From: Candidatus Latescibacterota bacterium
Lineage (GTDB): Bacteria > Latescibacterota > CBDEFO01
Length of the DNA stretch: 64,000 nt
Assembly: GCA_965237525.1 (NCBI GenBank)
Contig: CBDEFO010000008.1
Location: 960,001-1,024,000 of the forward strand
Reading direction: 5' to 3'
Each line of letters begins with the position of its first letter. The first letter of the stretch is position 1. The notes under the pieces were generated by a model. The model was not told the DNA's origin, ran no database searches, and saw nothing but the letters and a program-made list of their open reading frames with translations. Both the position numbers and the translations under genes were made by a program. Positions 10,887 to 20,799 of the stretch are shown here, piece after piece.

Positions 10887-12162
10887 TTTCCTGCCCCTTC
10901 GGCTTCAGGTAACACAACGTATAAGCGTTGGGATCACAATACTCGTTTACTGCTTGCTCTACATCTTGGGCAGTAACCTTCTCGATTCTCTCTACGTGTT
11001 CCAGGGCCTCTTCCACACTTGAAATCGTCTCGTACTGCCCCAGAGTGCCCGCTATGTTAGAATCCGTCTCGTTGGAATACGCGAAATCGTTTTTGATCAT
11101 GGTCTTGGCCTTGTTCAGCTCGTCTTCATCCACCAACTCATCCCTCATCCTTTCCACCTCTTCTATCACAACTTCCTCCACCTTCTTCAGGTTCTCGTCC
11201 CTGAACTCCGCCTCTATAGCTAATGTTCCTGCCATACTTAACGGCCATAACCATCCGGTTGCCACGGAAGCCAACTGATCTTTCTCCACTAACCTCTGAT
11301 GGAGCCTCGAACTTTTCCCCTCTCCCAATATGGTGGATGCTACGTCCAAAGTGTACATATCGTCCAATTTCTTCCTTCCTAAGTTGGGGAATCCTATCAG
11401 TAGATAGCCCTGATTTACGTCCTTTTCCACCACCTGACGCCTGATTTCTTCTTGAGGTTCAAATTCGAAGCTCGCAAGTGCCGCCTCTACCTCTGGATTC
11501 GCCTTCCAGTTGGATGTCAATTTCTCAATCTCTCCTACAATCTCAGCCTCATCTATGTCCCCTACTATGGCGAGTACCATGTTATTCGGGCAGTAGAAGG
11601 TCTCCAGATCCGCCAGGAAATCCTCTCTGCCAATGTTGTCCAACGATTCATCGGTCCCCAAGATCGGCATCTGGTAAGGACTCCCCCTGAATATCTCCTC
11701 TGTGAACATATCCGAGATCTTACCTCCCGGGCTATCCTCTTTGCGCTTGATCTCCTCCTTGATTACGTTCCTTTCTCTGTCTACTTCCTCCGGGTCGAAG
11801 ACCGAATTTACCGTGGCATCGTACAAAACGTCAAAGGCTGTGGCAAAATTCTGGCTCGGCACCACCACATAATACGCTGTATATTCCGACCCTGTAAAGG
11901 CGTTGTTATATCCTCCTAATTCCTTTATCGCCCTGTCCATCTCTCCCACACCCCTTTCTACTGTCCCCTTGAAGAACATATGCTCAAAAAAGTGAGAGAT
12001 GCCGTTGAGTCGGGGACTCTCATTGACCGACCCCGTCCGAGTCCAGAAATAGACAGCCACAATTGGAGTCGTATGAACTTCCTTGACGATCACGGTCAAG
12101 CCGTTGTCAAGGACCCTCCTTGTAAAGGGCTCTAAAGGCGACTTATAGACTTTTTCGGACAT
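10876..12162 (-). CDS. M16 zinc peptidase, catalytic subunit
   Basis: GISHFFEHMFFKGT (HxxEH), NAFT; likely start ATG 12162 behind AGAGG. Confidence 0.92.
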   Translation of the reverse strand: MSEKVYKSPLEPFTRRVLDNGLTVIVKEVHTTPIVAVYFWTRTGSVNESPRLNGISHFFEHMFFKGTVERGVGEMDRAIKELGGYNNAFTGSEYTAYYVVVPSQNFATAFDVLYDATVNSVFDPEEVDRERNVIKEEIKRKEDSPGGKISDMFTEEIFRGSPYQMPILGTDESLDNIGREDFLADLETFYCPNNMVLAIVGDIDEAEIVGEIEKLTSNWKANPEVEAALASFEFEPQEEIRRQVVEKDVNQGYLLIGFPNLGRKKLDDMYTLDVASTILGEGKSSRLHQRLVEKDQLASVATGWLWPLSMAGTLAIEAEFRDENLKKVEEVVIEEVERMRDELVDEDELNKAKTMIKNDFAYSNETDSNIAGTLGQYETISSVEEALEHVERIEKVTAQDVEQAVNEYCDPNAYTLCYLKPKGQENGS

Positions 12163-12358
12163 TATATCCTCTCTTTCTAAAAGTTTATCGGATACTATCG
12201 AGCTTTCCCTTTTCCCCATGCATATTAACATATTCCCCCTCATATAGCAAGCCCTTTTTAGACCTTCACAAATGTCTTGACCGAAGTTTCACTTTGATGT
12301 ATTATTCCTTAGAAACTTGTCAGGGCGAACCCAAACTTTTGCACTTTTGAAAAAAACT

Positions 12359-13143
12359 ATGGCTACATTGGAAGATAAACTGGCTGCCACCGAATACACC
12401 GAACTTAGATCCACCGGGAAGCTGTACGATACCGACTTCGGGACGTTTGTGGCTGATGACCGCTATCTGGGCATTCACGACGCCTGCCTGCTCACAGACG
12501 CTATGATGCCGAACAACGGTTCGTTGGAAGAGTTCGACGAGGCTCTCGAAGACCTCTATAGGTCCCATCCTCGTTCGTTCAGGAAAGTCACAATGCATCG
12601 CAAAGACGCCTCCGAATCCCTAGGAGCGCACCTGTCGGCGCGGGGTTTCAATGTCAGCGAGATGCTATGTATGATCTTACGAGAAAAGCCCCAACTATCT
12701 GCCTCAAGCAGCATCCAGATTAGACAGCTGTCAAACGATGGTGATTGGGACGACTATCGAGCTATCGCAACTGCGTGTGACACGTGGGGTCATCCACCTT
12801 TAACTGATCGCCGGATTGAATGCTACCTAAAACTGAATGCCTCAATATTCATCGCGTATCTGGACAACAGGCCTGTCGGCTCGACCGGATTCTTTGTGGT
12901 GGATGAGGTCGCTCGGCATTGCCAGGTCGAAACGATCCCCAAGCGAGAAGGAAAGGGGTCGCAACGAGTCTAATACTTACTGTGCAAAGTCATGTTGCAA
13001 GCCAGAATATAGAACATCTGTCGATCTTTGTCTCCCCTGAACTCGATGCCCATCGGCTCTATTTAAGGCTCGGCTATCGAGAGGTGTGTGAGATGTATGA
13101 GTACTTTAAAGACGACGTAAGGGCTCATTCGACAAGCGAATAA
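12359..13143 (+). pseudogene. GNAT acetyltransferase with -1 frameshift (possibly a sequencing error)
   Basis: One more C in the C-run at 12937-12940 restores VETIPQARRKGVA...LYLRLGY. Confidence 0.8.
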
Positions 13144-15714
13144 ATGTTAGACAATAGCTCGAAAAAGATAGACCTTATCCCCATAGCTGTTCTATTGCTC
13201 CTCACGATAGCCTTCTTCCCCAGAGCCGCCTTCCTCAAAGGAGCCTTCTTCGTACAGGACATAATGTTCCAGAATTACCCCTTCAGGCACTATTTTTCCC
13301 AGGCACTCAAAGAGTGGAGTCTCCCCCTCTGGTGTCCTAACATAGGCTGTGGCTTTCCCCTCTTTGCCGAGGGGCAGTCGGGAGTTCTCTACCCAATTAA
13401 CTTGATCCTATCACTTCTCCTTCCGACCTGGGCCGCCATAAACTACAATATCATCATCCACATCTTCTTAACAGGTCTCTTCACTTACCTGTACCTGAAG
13501 ACGCTTGACCTGGATCCATTCAGTGCACTTACGGGAGCTATAACGTTCGCCTTCTGCGGGTTTCTCACCGTCCACCTTATGTCGTTAAACTTCATAGACG
13601 TATTGGCGTGGCTTCCCCTAAGCCTTATGCTAATAGAACTTGCCTTCAAGAAGAACAAACTCATATATATCGTACTTTCGGGACTTATCCTTGGAATACA
13701 ACTCCTTGCCGGCCATCCTCAGGCAGTCCTTTACTGCATCCTTGTCACCGGACTCTATCTCATCTTTAAAAGCTTTACGAGCTTTTACAGCCCAAACTCG
13801 AAAGTCCTTTTCCTATCTACTGTTTTATTGTGCTCTTTTATAACCCTTTCAATTGGAATAATAATATCGTCCGTCCAAATCCTTCCCACCTACGAACTAA
13901 TTCAGCACTCCGCAAGGAGTGGGGGAGGAGACTACGGATGGGTTACCTCTCAATCCCTCCCGCCGCGCAATCTCATAACCTTCATCCTCCCCAACTTCTT
14001 CGGTAACACCTCCAACTACACTTACTGGGCGCAGCATCTGGATGTAGATTCTCTCTTTTTCTTACAGCTTTGCGGATATATAGGCATAATCCCCCTGATG
14101 CTTTCAGCATCGGCTTTTGTCCTCCGCAACGACAAAAAGACGCTCTTTTTTGCTGCACTACTCCTGCTATCTTTGCTCCTTTTGCTCGGCAAATATACGG
14201 TCCTTTACAGAGTTTTATACTATGTCCCCGGGTTTTCTCTCTTCAGATCGCCCGCAAGGTTCCTTGTGATCTTTTCCTTTTCCATCTCTGTACTTTCAGC
14301 TCTCGGGCTGCAGAGCTTCATAGATTCGATCCGAATGGAACGGACAGATGAACGCAGGATTGTCAGAACGAGCCTAATTCTGATCGTCGGCATTTGGATT
14401 ATGGTTATAGCAGCCTGCCTTTTCTACGCCAATTCCGACTTCATATTCCTATCGTCAGAACAGATCGAACGCCTGTTCTCCTCTCACGCGTATAGTCTTA
14501 TAAAACTCCATTCCACTCTCGTTAAGGATCTGATAAGATTCGCCCTCGTCACGGCTTCCGGAATCGTCCTTTTGTGCTTTCCCAAAATCTTCAAGGCAAA
14601 AGGGGAGTTGCTATTAAAAGTTCTTATTCCAGTTATGATAGTATCGGATCTCTTCAGCTTCGGGTTTGGATTCAACGCTACCATCAACCCCAAGGTCTAT
14701 TTACATGGACCCAAGACAGCCGAATTTCTCGAGCAAGATAGGACATTTTATCGCATATTCAGCAACATATCCGAAAGCAACTCCCCTTTCCAGTGGCATC
14801 AGGGCTGGGCTAACGAGAAAAGTTCATACACCGACTACTACGAAACCCTGAGGATGTACAGCGGAACGCTCTACGGCCTACATAACTTCTCCCCCGGCTG
14901 GAGCCCGCTCCACCTCGAGCGCCACTGGGACTTAGCAGGCAGACAAACCCTAAATAAACGCATTATAGACCTTTCCAACGTCAAATATGTCATCACGTAC
15001 GATGCAATGAGGAGGAAAGACCTGGAACTGGTTTTCGAGGGAAAGGTCAAGATATACGAAAATAAAAGAGCCCTTGAAAGGGCATTTATCGCCTACGACT
15101 TTGAGGTCATTCCCGAAAGAGGGGACAGACTAAAAAAGCTCAAAGATCCCTCGTTCAGACCCGATCGAACTGTCATCCTCGAAGAAGGTGTCCCCGATCA
15201 TCCGATCAACAGACAGAAGGCAGAAACGGAAAGCACCTTTGCCGAGATCATAGAATATACTCCCGAAAGGGTCGTCGTAGAAGCTAATCTCACTGAACCC
15301 GGCTTCCTGGTCCTTGCCGATGCCAACTATCCCGGCTGGAACGTCCGCGTGGACGGAAGTAAAGACAAGATATATACGGCCAATCACCTATTCAGAGCGG
15401 TCTATTTAAGTCCGGGGCGCCACAACGTAGAATTCTTCTACCGATCGGAAGCCTTTAGAGCGGGAGCTATTACCTCCACAGCCGCTCTCTTTATCGTTGT
15501 AGCGCTCATAATTTTGTCACTCAAAAGGGACGTAAAGCTAACAAAAGTTTCACATTCCTCACTGATGGATCAATCGCGAAAAATCGATATAAGACACAAA
15601 GCAGCGATATTAGTAGTCGTCGCCGTGATCGTAATAGTATCAGCGATATTAGAGTTCGACCTCTGGAGGGAGGCGCTCTCAAAGATCAGAATACTGGACG
15701 TCTGGGGGAAATAG
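13144..15714 (+). CDS. YfhO-family polytopic membrane protein (GT-C-like)
   Basis: LPLWCPNIGCGFPLFA, LLAGHPQ, FRSPARF, YPGW motifs. Confidence 0.85.
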   Translation: MLDNSSKKIDLIPIAVLLLLTIAFFPRAAFLKGAFFVQDIMFQNYPFRHYFSQALKEWSLPLWCPNIGCGFPLFAEGQSGVLYPINLILSLLLPTWAAINYNIIIHIFLTGLFTYLYLKTLDLDPFSALTGAITFAFCGFLTVHLMSLNFIDVLAWLPLSLMLIELAFKKNKLIYIVLSGLILGIQLLAGHPQAVLYCILVTGLYLIFKSFTSFYSPNSKVLFLSTVLLCSFITLSIGIIISSVQILPTYELIQHSARSGGGDYGWVTSQSLPPRNLITFILPNFFGNTSNYTYWAQHLDVDSLFFLQLCGYIGIIPLMLSASAFVLRNDKKTLFFAALLLLSLLLLLGKYTVLYRVLYYVPGFSLFRSPARFLVIFSFSISVLSALGLQSFIDSIRMERTDERRIVRTSLILIVGIWIMVIAACLFYANSDFIFLSSEQIERLFSSHAYSLIKLHSTLVKDLIRFALVTASGIVLLCFPKIFKAKGELLLKVLIPVMIVSDLFSFGFGFNATINPKVYLHGPKTAEFLEQDRTFYRIFSNISESNSPFQWHQGWANEKSSYTDYYETLRMYSGTLYGLHNFSPGWSPLHLERHWDLAGRQTLNKRIIDLSNVKYVITYDAMRRKDLELVFEGKVKIYENKRALERAFIAYDFEVIPERGDRLKKLKDPSFRPDRTVILEEGVPDHPINRQKAETESTFAEIIEYTPERVVVEANLTEPGFLVLADANYPGWNVRVDGSKDKIYTANHLFRAVYLSPGRHNVEFFYRSEAFRAGAITSTAALFIVVALIILSLKRDVKLTKVSHSSLMDQSRKIDIRHKAAILVVVAVIVIVSAILEFDLWREALSKIRILDVWGK

Positions 15715-15729
15715 AAGAGACCAAAAGAT

Positions 15730-15830
15730 GTAGGGGCGAGGGCACTTCGTGATCTACTCTCTCCACCTCATGCTCCGTAACAGAGCGCTCACGGCGCCTC
15801 GCCACAAGGGTAGGGTTACCCCGCCCCTAC
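15730..15830. repeat. GTAG-type REP doublet carrying a family-B-like insert
   Basis: GTAGGGGCG...CGCCCCTAC ends; CACTTCGTG-starting segment (15743-15795) splits the GGCGAGG/CCTCGCC stem. Confidence 0.65.
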
Positions 15831-15843
15831 ACTTCGGCAGAAA

Positions 15844-16970
15844 CTATTTGAGAAACATATATCCCAAGATGAACAGCACAGCAAAGACATGAACAATCCC
15901 ATGAACAATCCCATGAACAATCCAATGTCCTCCTTGCGCCTGTGGGAGACTATCTTCAGTAGAGAAAAAGATATAAACCCCGCCGAAATTCCCTCAGTGC
16001 AGGAGCGATAAGAGGGTACAGAAATAGCCCCTCTGGTACCTTGTAACCTTCTCCCGCCATCTTTACTAAAGGGTAGAAGAAAAGAGACGCTATCATAAAG
16101 GCTGCCGTCACGATATTTGCCAGTCCTGTCCTCCCTCCCTCAGCCACGCCCGACGCGCTCTCTATATAGCTTGTCACAGCATAGCTTGTCACAGTAGAAG
16201 TCCCCATAAGCGAACGTACAACCGTCCCCGTAGCGTCCGAAAAGAGAGCCTTTCTTGCACGAGGCAACTTTCCATTTACCATAAATCCTGCGCTCTCTCC
16301 TATTCCGACCAGCGTTCCGACAGTATCAAATAGATCTAAAAGGAAAAATACGAATACCACTGTCAAGAACTCAGGCTCTCTGAACAGTTTCAACACCTCT
16401 AACTTGAAGAGCGTCGGAGCAGGCGAAGGGGGAAGACGTAAGATGCCGTGATAGCTCACAAGACCGAAGAGAAGCCCTACTATCGTGCTCCCTAAGATCC
16501 CTAAAAGTATAGCCCCTTTTACTCTCACCGCCATAAGCGGAGCTATAATTATCAAGCCGAAGATCGAAAGTAGAATCGGCGGGCTCTTCACATATCCCAA
16601 AGTCACCAGCGTTCCCGGAGATCGACCACAAGCCCGCTCCATTTCAATCCCACTAAAGCGATTGGGAGCCCTATTCCCACGACTATTCCGCCTTTTAACG
16701 CATCAGGGATAGCCTCCATCACCTTCTCCCTGAATCCCCAAAACGACAGTATCAAGAAGATAAATCCCGCCAGAAACACAGCCCCCAATCCCACCTGCCA
16801 GGAATAGCCCAGCCCCCCGCTGTTGTAGCTCCGCACACTGTAAAAGCAAAGTAGAAGTTCTGTCCCATCCCGAGGGCCAGTGCGATCCGATAATTTGCGT
16901 GAAGCCCCATGAGGAGCGTAGCCAGTGCCCCTGATACACACGTAGCTATCATCACAGCCCCAAAGTCCAT
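15844..16970 (-). pseudogene. NCS2/AzgA-type purine permease, fragmented
   Basis: GMGQNFYFAFTV, DLFDTVGTL, YIESASGVAEGGRTGL, VFAVLFILGYMFLK* spread over several frames. Confidence 0.85.
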
Positions 16971-17084
16971 ACCGGTTGGCTCTTCTGGCTAGACTGTCCA
17001 GATTTAGATATATAAAATGAATTTATGACAGAAGCTATTTTCTAAGATTCTGCAGCATACAGAATTTCTTAACCTATTTTACTC

Positions 17085-17113
17085 TTGCACTTGGAGGAAA
17101 ACTTTGCTATAAT
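17085..17113 (+). promoter_or_regulatory. Sigma70-type promoter for purF
   Basis: TTGCAC-17 nt-TATAAT. Confidence 0.6.
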
Positions 17114-17171
17114 ATAATCTGAAATTGTTCTAGTTGGTTCCTTTCAGCGCGCGAGTCTCCAAGAGGCACAT

Positions 17172-18554
17172 ATGAAAGAAGGGTGCGGTATCTTCGCCAT
17201 ATATGGGCATAAACGGGCGGCTGAGCTAACGTATTTGGGTCTCTACGCCCTTCAGCATCGGGGTGATGAAGGATCAGGGATAGTCTCGGGAGACGGTGAA
17301 AGGATGTATGTGCACAAGGGCCTAGGATTAGTATCGGATGTGTTCAAAGATCACTCCATATTCGATAGATTGAAGGGGACCTTGGCAATAGGCCACAACC
17401 GGTACTCCACCACCGGATCTTCTGTGGCGATCAACACTCAACCGCTGCTGGTAAAGTGCAAAGATGTCCAATTAGCCATTGCCCACAACGGAAATCTTAC
17501 TAACACAGTAAGCGTCAGAAGAGAGCTTGAGGACGCAGGGGCCCTGTTCCAGACCACGATGGACAGCGAAATCATCGTCCATCTTGTAGCCAAATCAAAA
17601 AAGCAAACCATAGTTGAAGGGATCATAGACGCCCTGTCTTGTGTCAGAGGCGCCTATTGTCTCCTTTTCGCGACAAGAGATAAGATCATAGCCGTCCGAG
17701 ACCCGTATGGTTTCCGACCGCTCTGCCTCGGGAGACTTGACGACGCCTGGGTCGTAGCCTCCGAATCGTGTGCCCTTGACATGGTAGGAGCCAAATACAT
17801 AAGAGACGTCGAACCTGGTGAACTCATTGTAATAGATCAGAACGGAGTCGATTCGGTACAGGCCCTAAACAGCGAAAGACTCGCCTTGTGTATCTTCGAG
17901 TACATCTACTTTTCCCGCCCCGACAGCAGAATCTTCGGCGATTATGTGGACAAGGCCAGAAGGAGGCTCGGCAGACAATTAGCGCAAGAACATCCCGCAG
18001 AAGCTGACATTGTCATCTCTGTTCCCGATTCCAGTAACACAGCCGCATTGGGGTACTCAGAACAGTCAGGCATCAGATTCGAAATCGGCCTTATCAGAAA
18101 CCACTACGTGGGAAGGACCTTCATCAACCCAAGTCAAAGCATAAGGGAATTCAATACCAGAATCAAATATAACCCCGTAGGCGGCGTCCTTAAAAATAAA
18201 AGGATTGTAGTAGTGGAGGACTCCATAGTCAGGGGCACCACAATGAAACACTTGGCCAAAATGATGCGAAGGGCTGGAGCTAAGGAGATCCACGTAAGAG
18301 TAAGTTGTCCGCCTATCAAATCTCCCTGCTTCTACGGTATAGACTTCCAGACCCACAAGGAACTGACAGCCTCCTCAATGTCCGTCGAAGGGATAAGAGA
18401 ACTTTTAGGAGTTGAGAGCCTGAAATATCTATCTGTAGAGGGTATGCTAAAGTCCGTACCCAATCCTCCCCAACACTACTGCACAGCTTGCTTCACAAGA
18501 GATTACCCGGTCCAGATAGACGATAACATAGGCAAGCTTGAGCTTGAAAGATAG
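17172..18554 (+). CDS. purF: Amidophosphoribosyltransferase
   Basis: CGIFA, LQHRG, GHNRYST, CIFEYIYFSRPDS, VEDSIVRGTT, YCTACF. Confidence 0.97.
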   Translation: MKEGCGIFAIYGHKRAAELTYLGLYALQHRGDEGSGIVSGDGERMYVHKGLGLVSDVFKDHSIFDRLKGTLAIGHNRYSTTGSSVAINTQPLLVKCKDVQLAIAHNGNLTNTVSVRRELEDAGALFQTTMDSEIIVHLVAKSKKQTIVEGIIDALSCVRGAYCLLFATRDKIIAVRDPYGFRPLCLGRLDDAWVVASESCALDMVGAKYIRDVEPGELIVIDQNGVDSVQALNSERLALCIFEYIYFSRPDSRIFGDYVDKARRRLGRQLAQEHPAEADIVISVPDSSNTAALGYSEQSGIRFEIGLIRNHYVGRTFINPSQSIREFNTRIKYNPVGGVLKNKRIVVVEDSIVRGTTMKHLAKMMRRAGAKEIHVRVSCPPIKSPCFYGIDFQTHKELTASSMSVEGIRELLGVESLKYLSVEGMLKSVPNPPQHYCTACFTRDYPVQIDDNIGKLELER

Positions 18555-18569
18555 AAGAGGACCCGATTC

Positions 18570-18639
18570 GTAGGGGAGACCACTTCGTGCCTTGCTGCCT
18601 CCACTCCCTGACAGTTTACGCAGCGCTAGGGAGCCCAGC
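18570..18639 (-). repeat. Family-B-like element next to a GTAG REP remnant
   Basis: Minus strand reads GGAGGCAGCAAGGCACGAAGTG. Confidence 0.55.
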
Positions 18640-18674
18640 ACTTACTTTCAGGAAAATAATAGAGGAGAGCCGAA

Positions 18675-18851
18675 TTGCCTATAGAGTGGATCGAAGACAG
18701 ATGCGATCTTTGCGGCGCGTGCGTAGGCGTGTGCCACATAGACACGGCAATAGATTTAGAGCCAAATGCAATAGTGATAACCGAAACTTGCACAAGCTGT
18801 CTTAAATGCGTTAAGATATGCCCGGTGCAAGCATTGGAGGGGTTCAGTTGA
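18675..18851 (+). CDS. 2[4Fe-4S] ferredoxin, 58 aa (absent from ORF track)
   Basis: TTG start after AGGAG; CDLCGACVGVC and CTSCLKCVKICP. Confidence 0.9.
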   Translation: MPIEWIEDRCDLCGACVGVCHIDTAIDLEPNAIVITETCTSCLKCVKICPVQALEGFS

Positions 18852-20065
18852 AAGAACAGGACCCCAGAAAAGTATCGAGGAACTTTTTTGGGAAAAGAGA
18901 GCAGTACGATGTCGTAGTCGTGGGAGGCGGACCAGGGGGATTAGTTGCTGCCAGATTCGTAGCCGCTGAGGGTGCCAGTGTCCTTGTTTTGGAGAAAGAC
19001 AGAGAAATAGGCGTTCCCGTCCGATGCGCTGAAGGCCTGGGCGGAGCGGGCTTACGAGAATTCATAGACCCGGATCCTAAATGGGCGCTCAATAGCATAA
19101 ATGGTCTGAGGCTCGTAGCGCCCAACGGCACAGAGGTAGATGTCCACGTGGAGGATGAAGGATTTATACTGGACAGAAAAGGCTTCGAGCGGGATTTGGC
19201 GATAATGGCAGCCGATTCTGGAGCCGAGATCCTCGTTAGTGCCCCTGTGACAGACCTTATAATGGACAACGGTAAAGTAGAAGGTGTGAAGGTAAAGTTC
19301 AGAGGCGAAGAACACGAAATAAAAGCTAAAGTAGTCATTGGCGCCGACGGAGTCGAAAGCAGAATAGGTAGATTAGCGGGCTTTACGACAAACACCAGAA
19401 TGCGCGATATGGAGGTCTGCGCCCAGTACACTCTTTATAGCCCCAGGATTGAAAGGGATGCCTGTCAAATGTATCTGGGAATGAACGTGGCCCCGGGCGG
19501 TTATCTTTGGGTCTTTCCAAAAGCAGATGGCGTCGCCAATGTCGGTCTCGGAATATCGGGGAACTACACAGATACGGAGCACCCCTTTGATTATTTAGAC
19601 CGCTTTATCGCCCAAAAGTATCCCGAAGCCCAGATGCTGAGCTCGCTGGTCGGCGGTGTGCCCTGCACAGACAACATGAAGAAAATAGTAATGGGAGGTC
19701 TGATGCTCGTAGGAGACGCCGCTCATCAGGTAAACCCTATGACTGGAGGCGGCATCGTCACTGCGATGAAAGCCGGCAGGATAGCGGGAAGAGTCGCAGC
19801 CCAGGCAGTCGCTGAGGGAGATGTCAGTGAAGAACGCTTACGAGAATACCAGGAGGAATGGGAAAACACAGAAGGCAAGATAAACAGGCGTTTTTACAAG
19901 ATCAAACAGGCGGTGGTGCAGCTTGGAGACGATGTCTTAAATAGAACAGCCGATATCTTAAACAGAATTGACTACAAAAAGAGAACTGTCGGCAGAGTCT
20001 TCAGAACCGCGCTCATAAGAGAGCCGAAGCTTCTGTTTCACTTAGCCAGAATCTTTATGTCGTGA
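18848..20065 (+). CDS. Geranylgeranyl reductase family FAD enzyme (DGGGPL-reductase-like)
   Basis: GGGPGG, PVRCAEG, APGGYLWVFPK, GDAAHQVNPMTGGG; TTG start overlaps ferredoxin stop. Confidence 0.9.
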   Translation: MKEQDPRKVSRNFFGKREQYDVVVVGGGPGGLVAARFVAAEGASVLVLEKDREIGVPVRCAEGLGGAGLREFIDPDPKWALNSINGLRLVAPNGTEVDVHVEDEGFILDRKGFERDLAIMAADSGAEILVSAPVTDLIMDNGKVEGVKVKFRGEEHEIKAKVVIGADGVESRIGRLAGFTTNTRMRDMEVCAQYTLYSPRIERDACQMYLGMNVAPGGYLWVFPKADGVANVGLGISGNYTDTEHPFDYLDRFIAQKYPEAQMLSSLVGGVPCTDNMKKIVMGGLMLVGDAAHQVNPMTGGGIVTAMKAGRIAGRVAAQAVAEGDVSEERLREYQEEWENTEGKINRRFYKIKQAVVQLGDDVLNRTADILNRIDYKKRTVGRVFRTALIREPKLLFHLARIFMS

Positions 20066-20179
20066 TGCAGTTAGCCAAGGGGTTGCTTCAATATCGAGAG
20101 CCTACAGGAACGCACAACTGCCCCCAATACTTACTGCATAGAGCAGCTTCATTGATTGAAGCATTCTCTCGGTCGTCAT
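20063..20179 (-). pseudogene. Truncated paralog of the 20176-20799 secreted protein
   Basis: MTTERMLQSMKLLYAVSIGGSCAFL*ALDIEATPWLTAS aligns without gaps to MTTKRILDSMKLLSAVTIMSIYVLALVPTVEGTQWETTS. Confidence 0.75.
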
Positions 20180-20799
20180 CGTTGACCTCCAGTAAAAGAC
20201 GACTTGACTTTGCCCCATGACTTTCCCTCCACAACAGTAGCGTTAAGAGGTGGTGTCTCCCATTCTACTTTTTCACCACGGGCACTTGCCCTTACTTTGT
20301 CTCTAAACTCCTGAAGTGACAGATCCCTGTCCTTCCCGTGTATCACCTTTGTTTTCAAAATGCGGTCATTAACTACCCGGAACGTGCCGTGCGTCCAACC
20401 GACAACCTCATAGCTGTTTTCCGTGCTTTTCTTCAGGAAAAGAAAATATTCTGCCCCGACATCAAACCAGGGCACATCAGCAGTATAATGTGTTATGTTT
20501 CCAATCTGACCTCCTTGTGTCCTAATTATAATTTCCCGCAGGGCAACTTCTCCTAACACTACCTCAAGTACCGTGAAGGAGGTGTTGGTATACATCCAGC
20601 GTGTTTCTTCATCCCGTTTCGTTTCTTGATTCGTGGCTATTCCGCGTATTACCAAATCAGAATGCGAAATAAAAAAGTCTTCCGAAGTAGTTTCCCATTG
20701 GGTCCCTTCCACAGTCGGAACCAGCGCCAACACATAAATGCTCATGATAGTTACTGCAGAAAGGAGCTTCATCGAGTCAAGAATCCTCTTAGTAGTCAT
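20176..20799 (-). CDS. Secreted hypothetical protein with C-terminal SWGKVK motif
   Basis: Signal peptide; SDLVIRG...GGQIG...YFLFL pattern; ends VEGKSWGKVKSSF. Confidence 0.75.
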   Translation of the reverse strand: MTTKRILDSMKLLSAVTIMSIYVLALVPTVEGTQWETTSEDFFISHSDLVIRGIATNQETKRDEETRWMYTNTSFTVLEVVLGEVALREIIIRTQGGQIGNITHYTADVPWFDVGAEYFLFLKKSTENSYEVVGWTHGTFRVVNDRILKTKVIHGKDRDLSLQEFRDKVRASARGEKVEWETPPLNATVVEGKSWGKVKSSFTGGQR

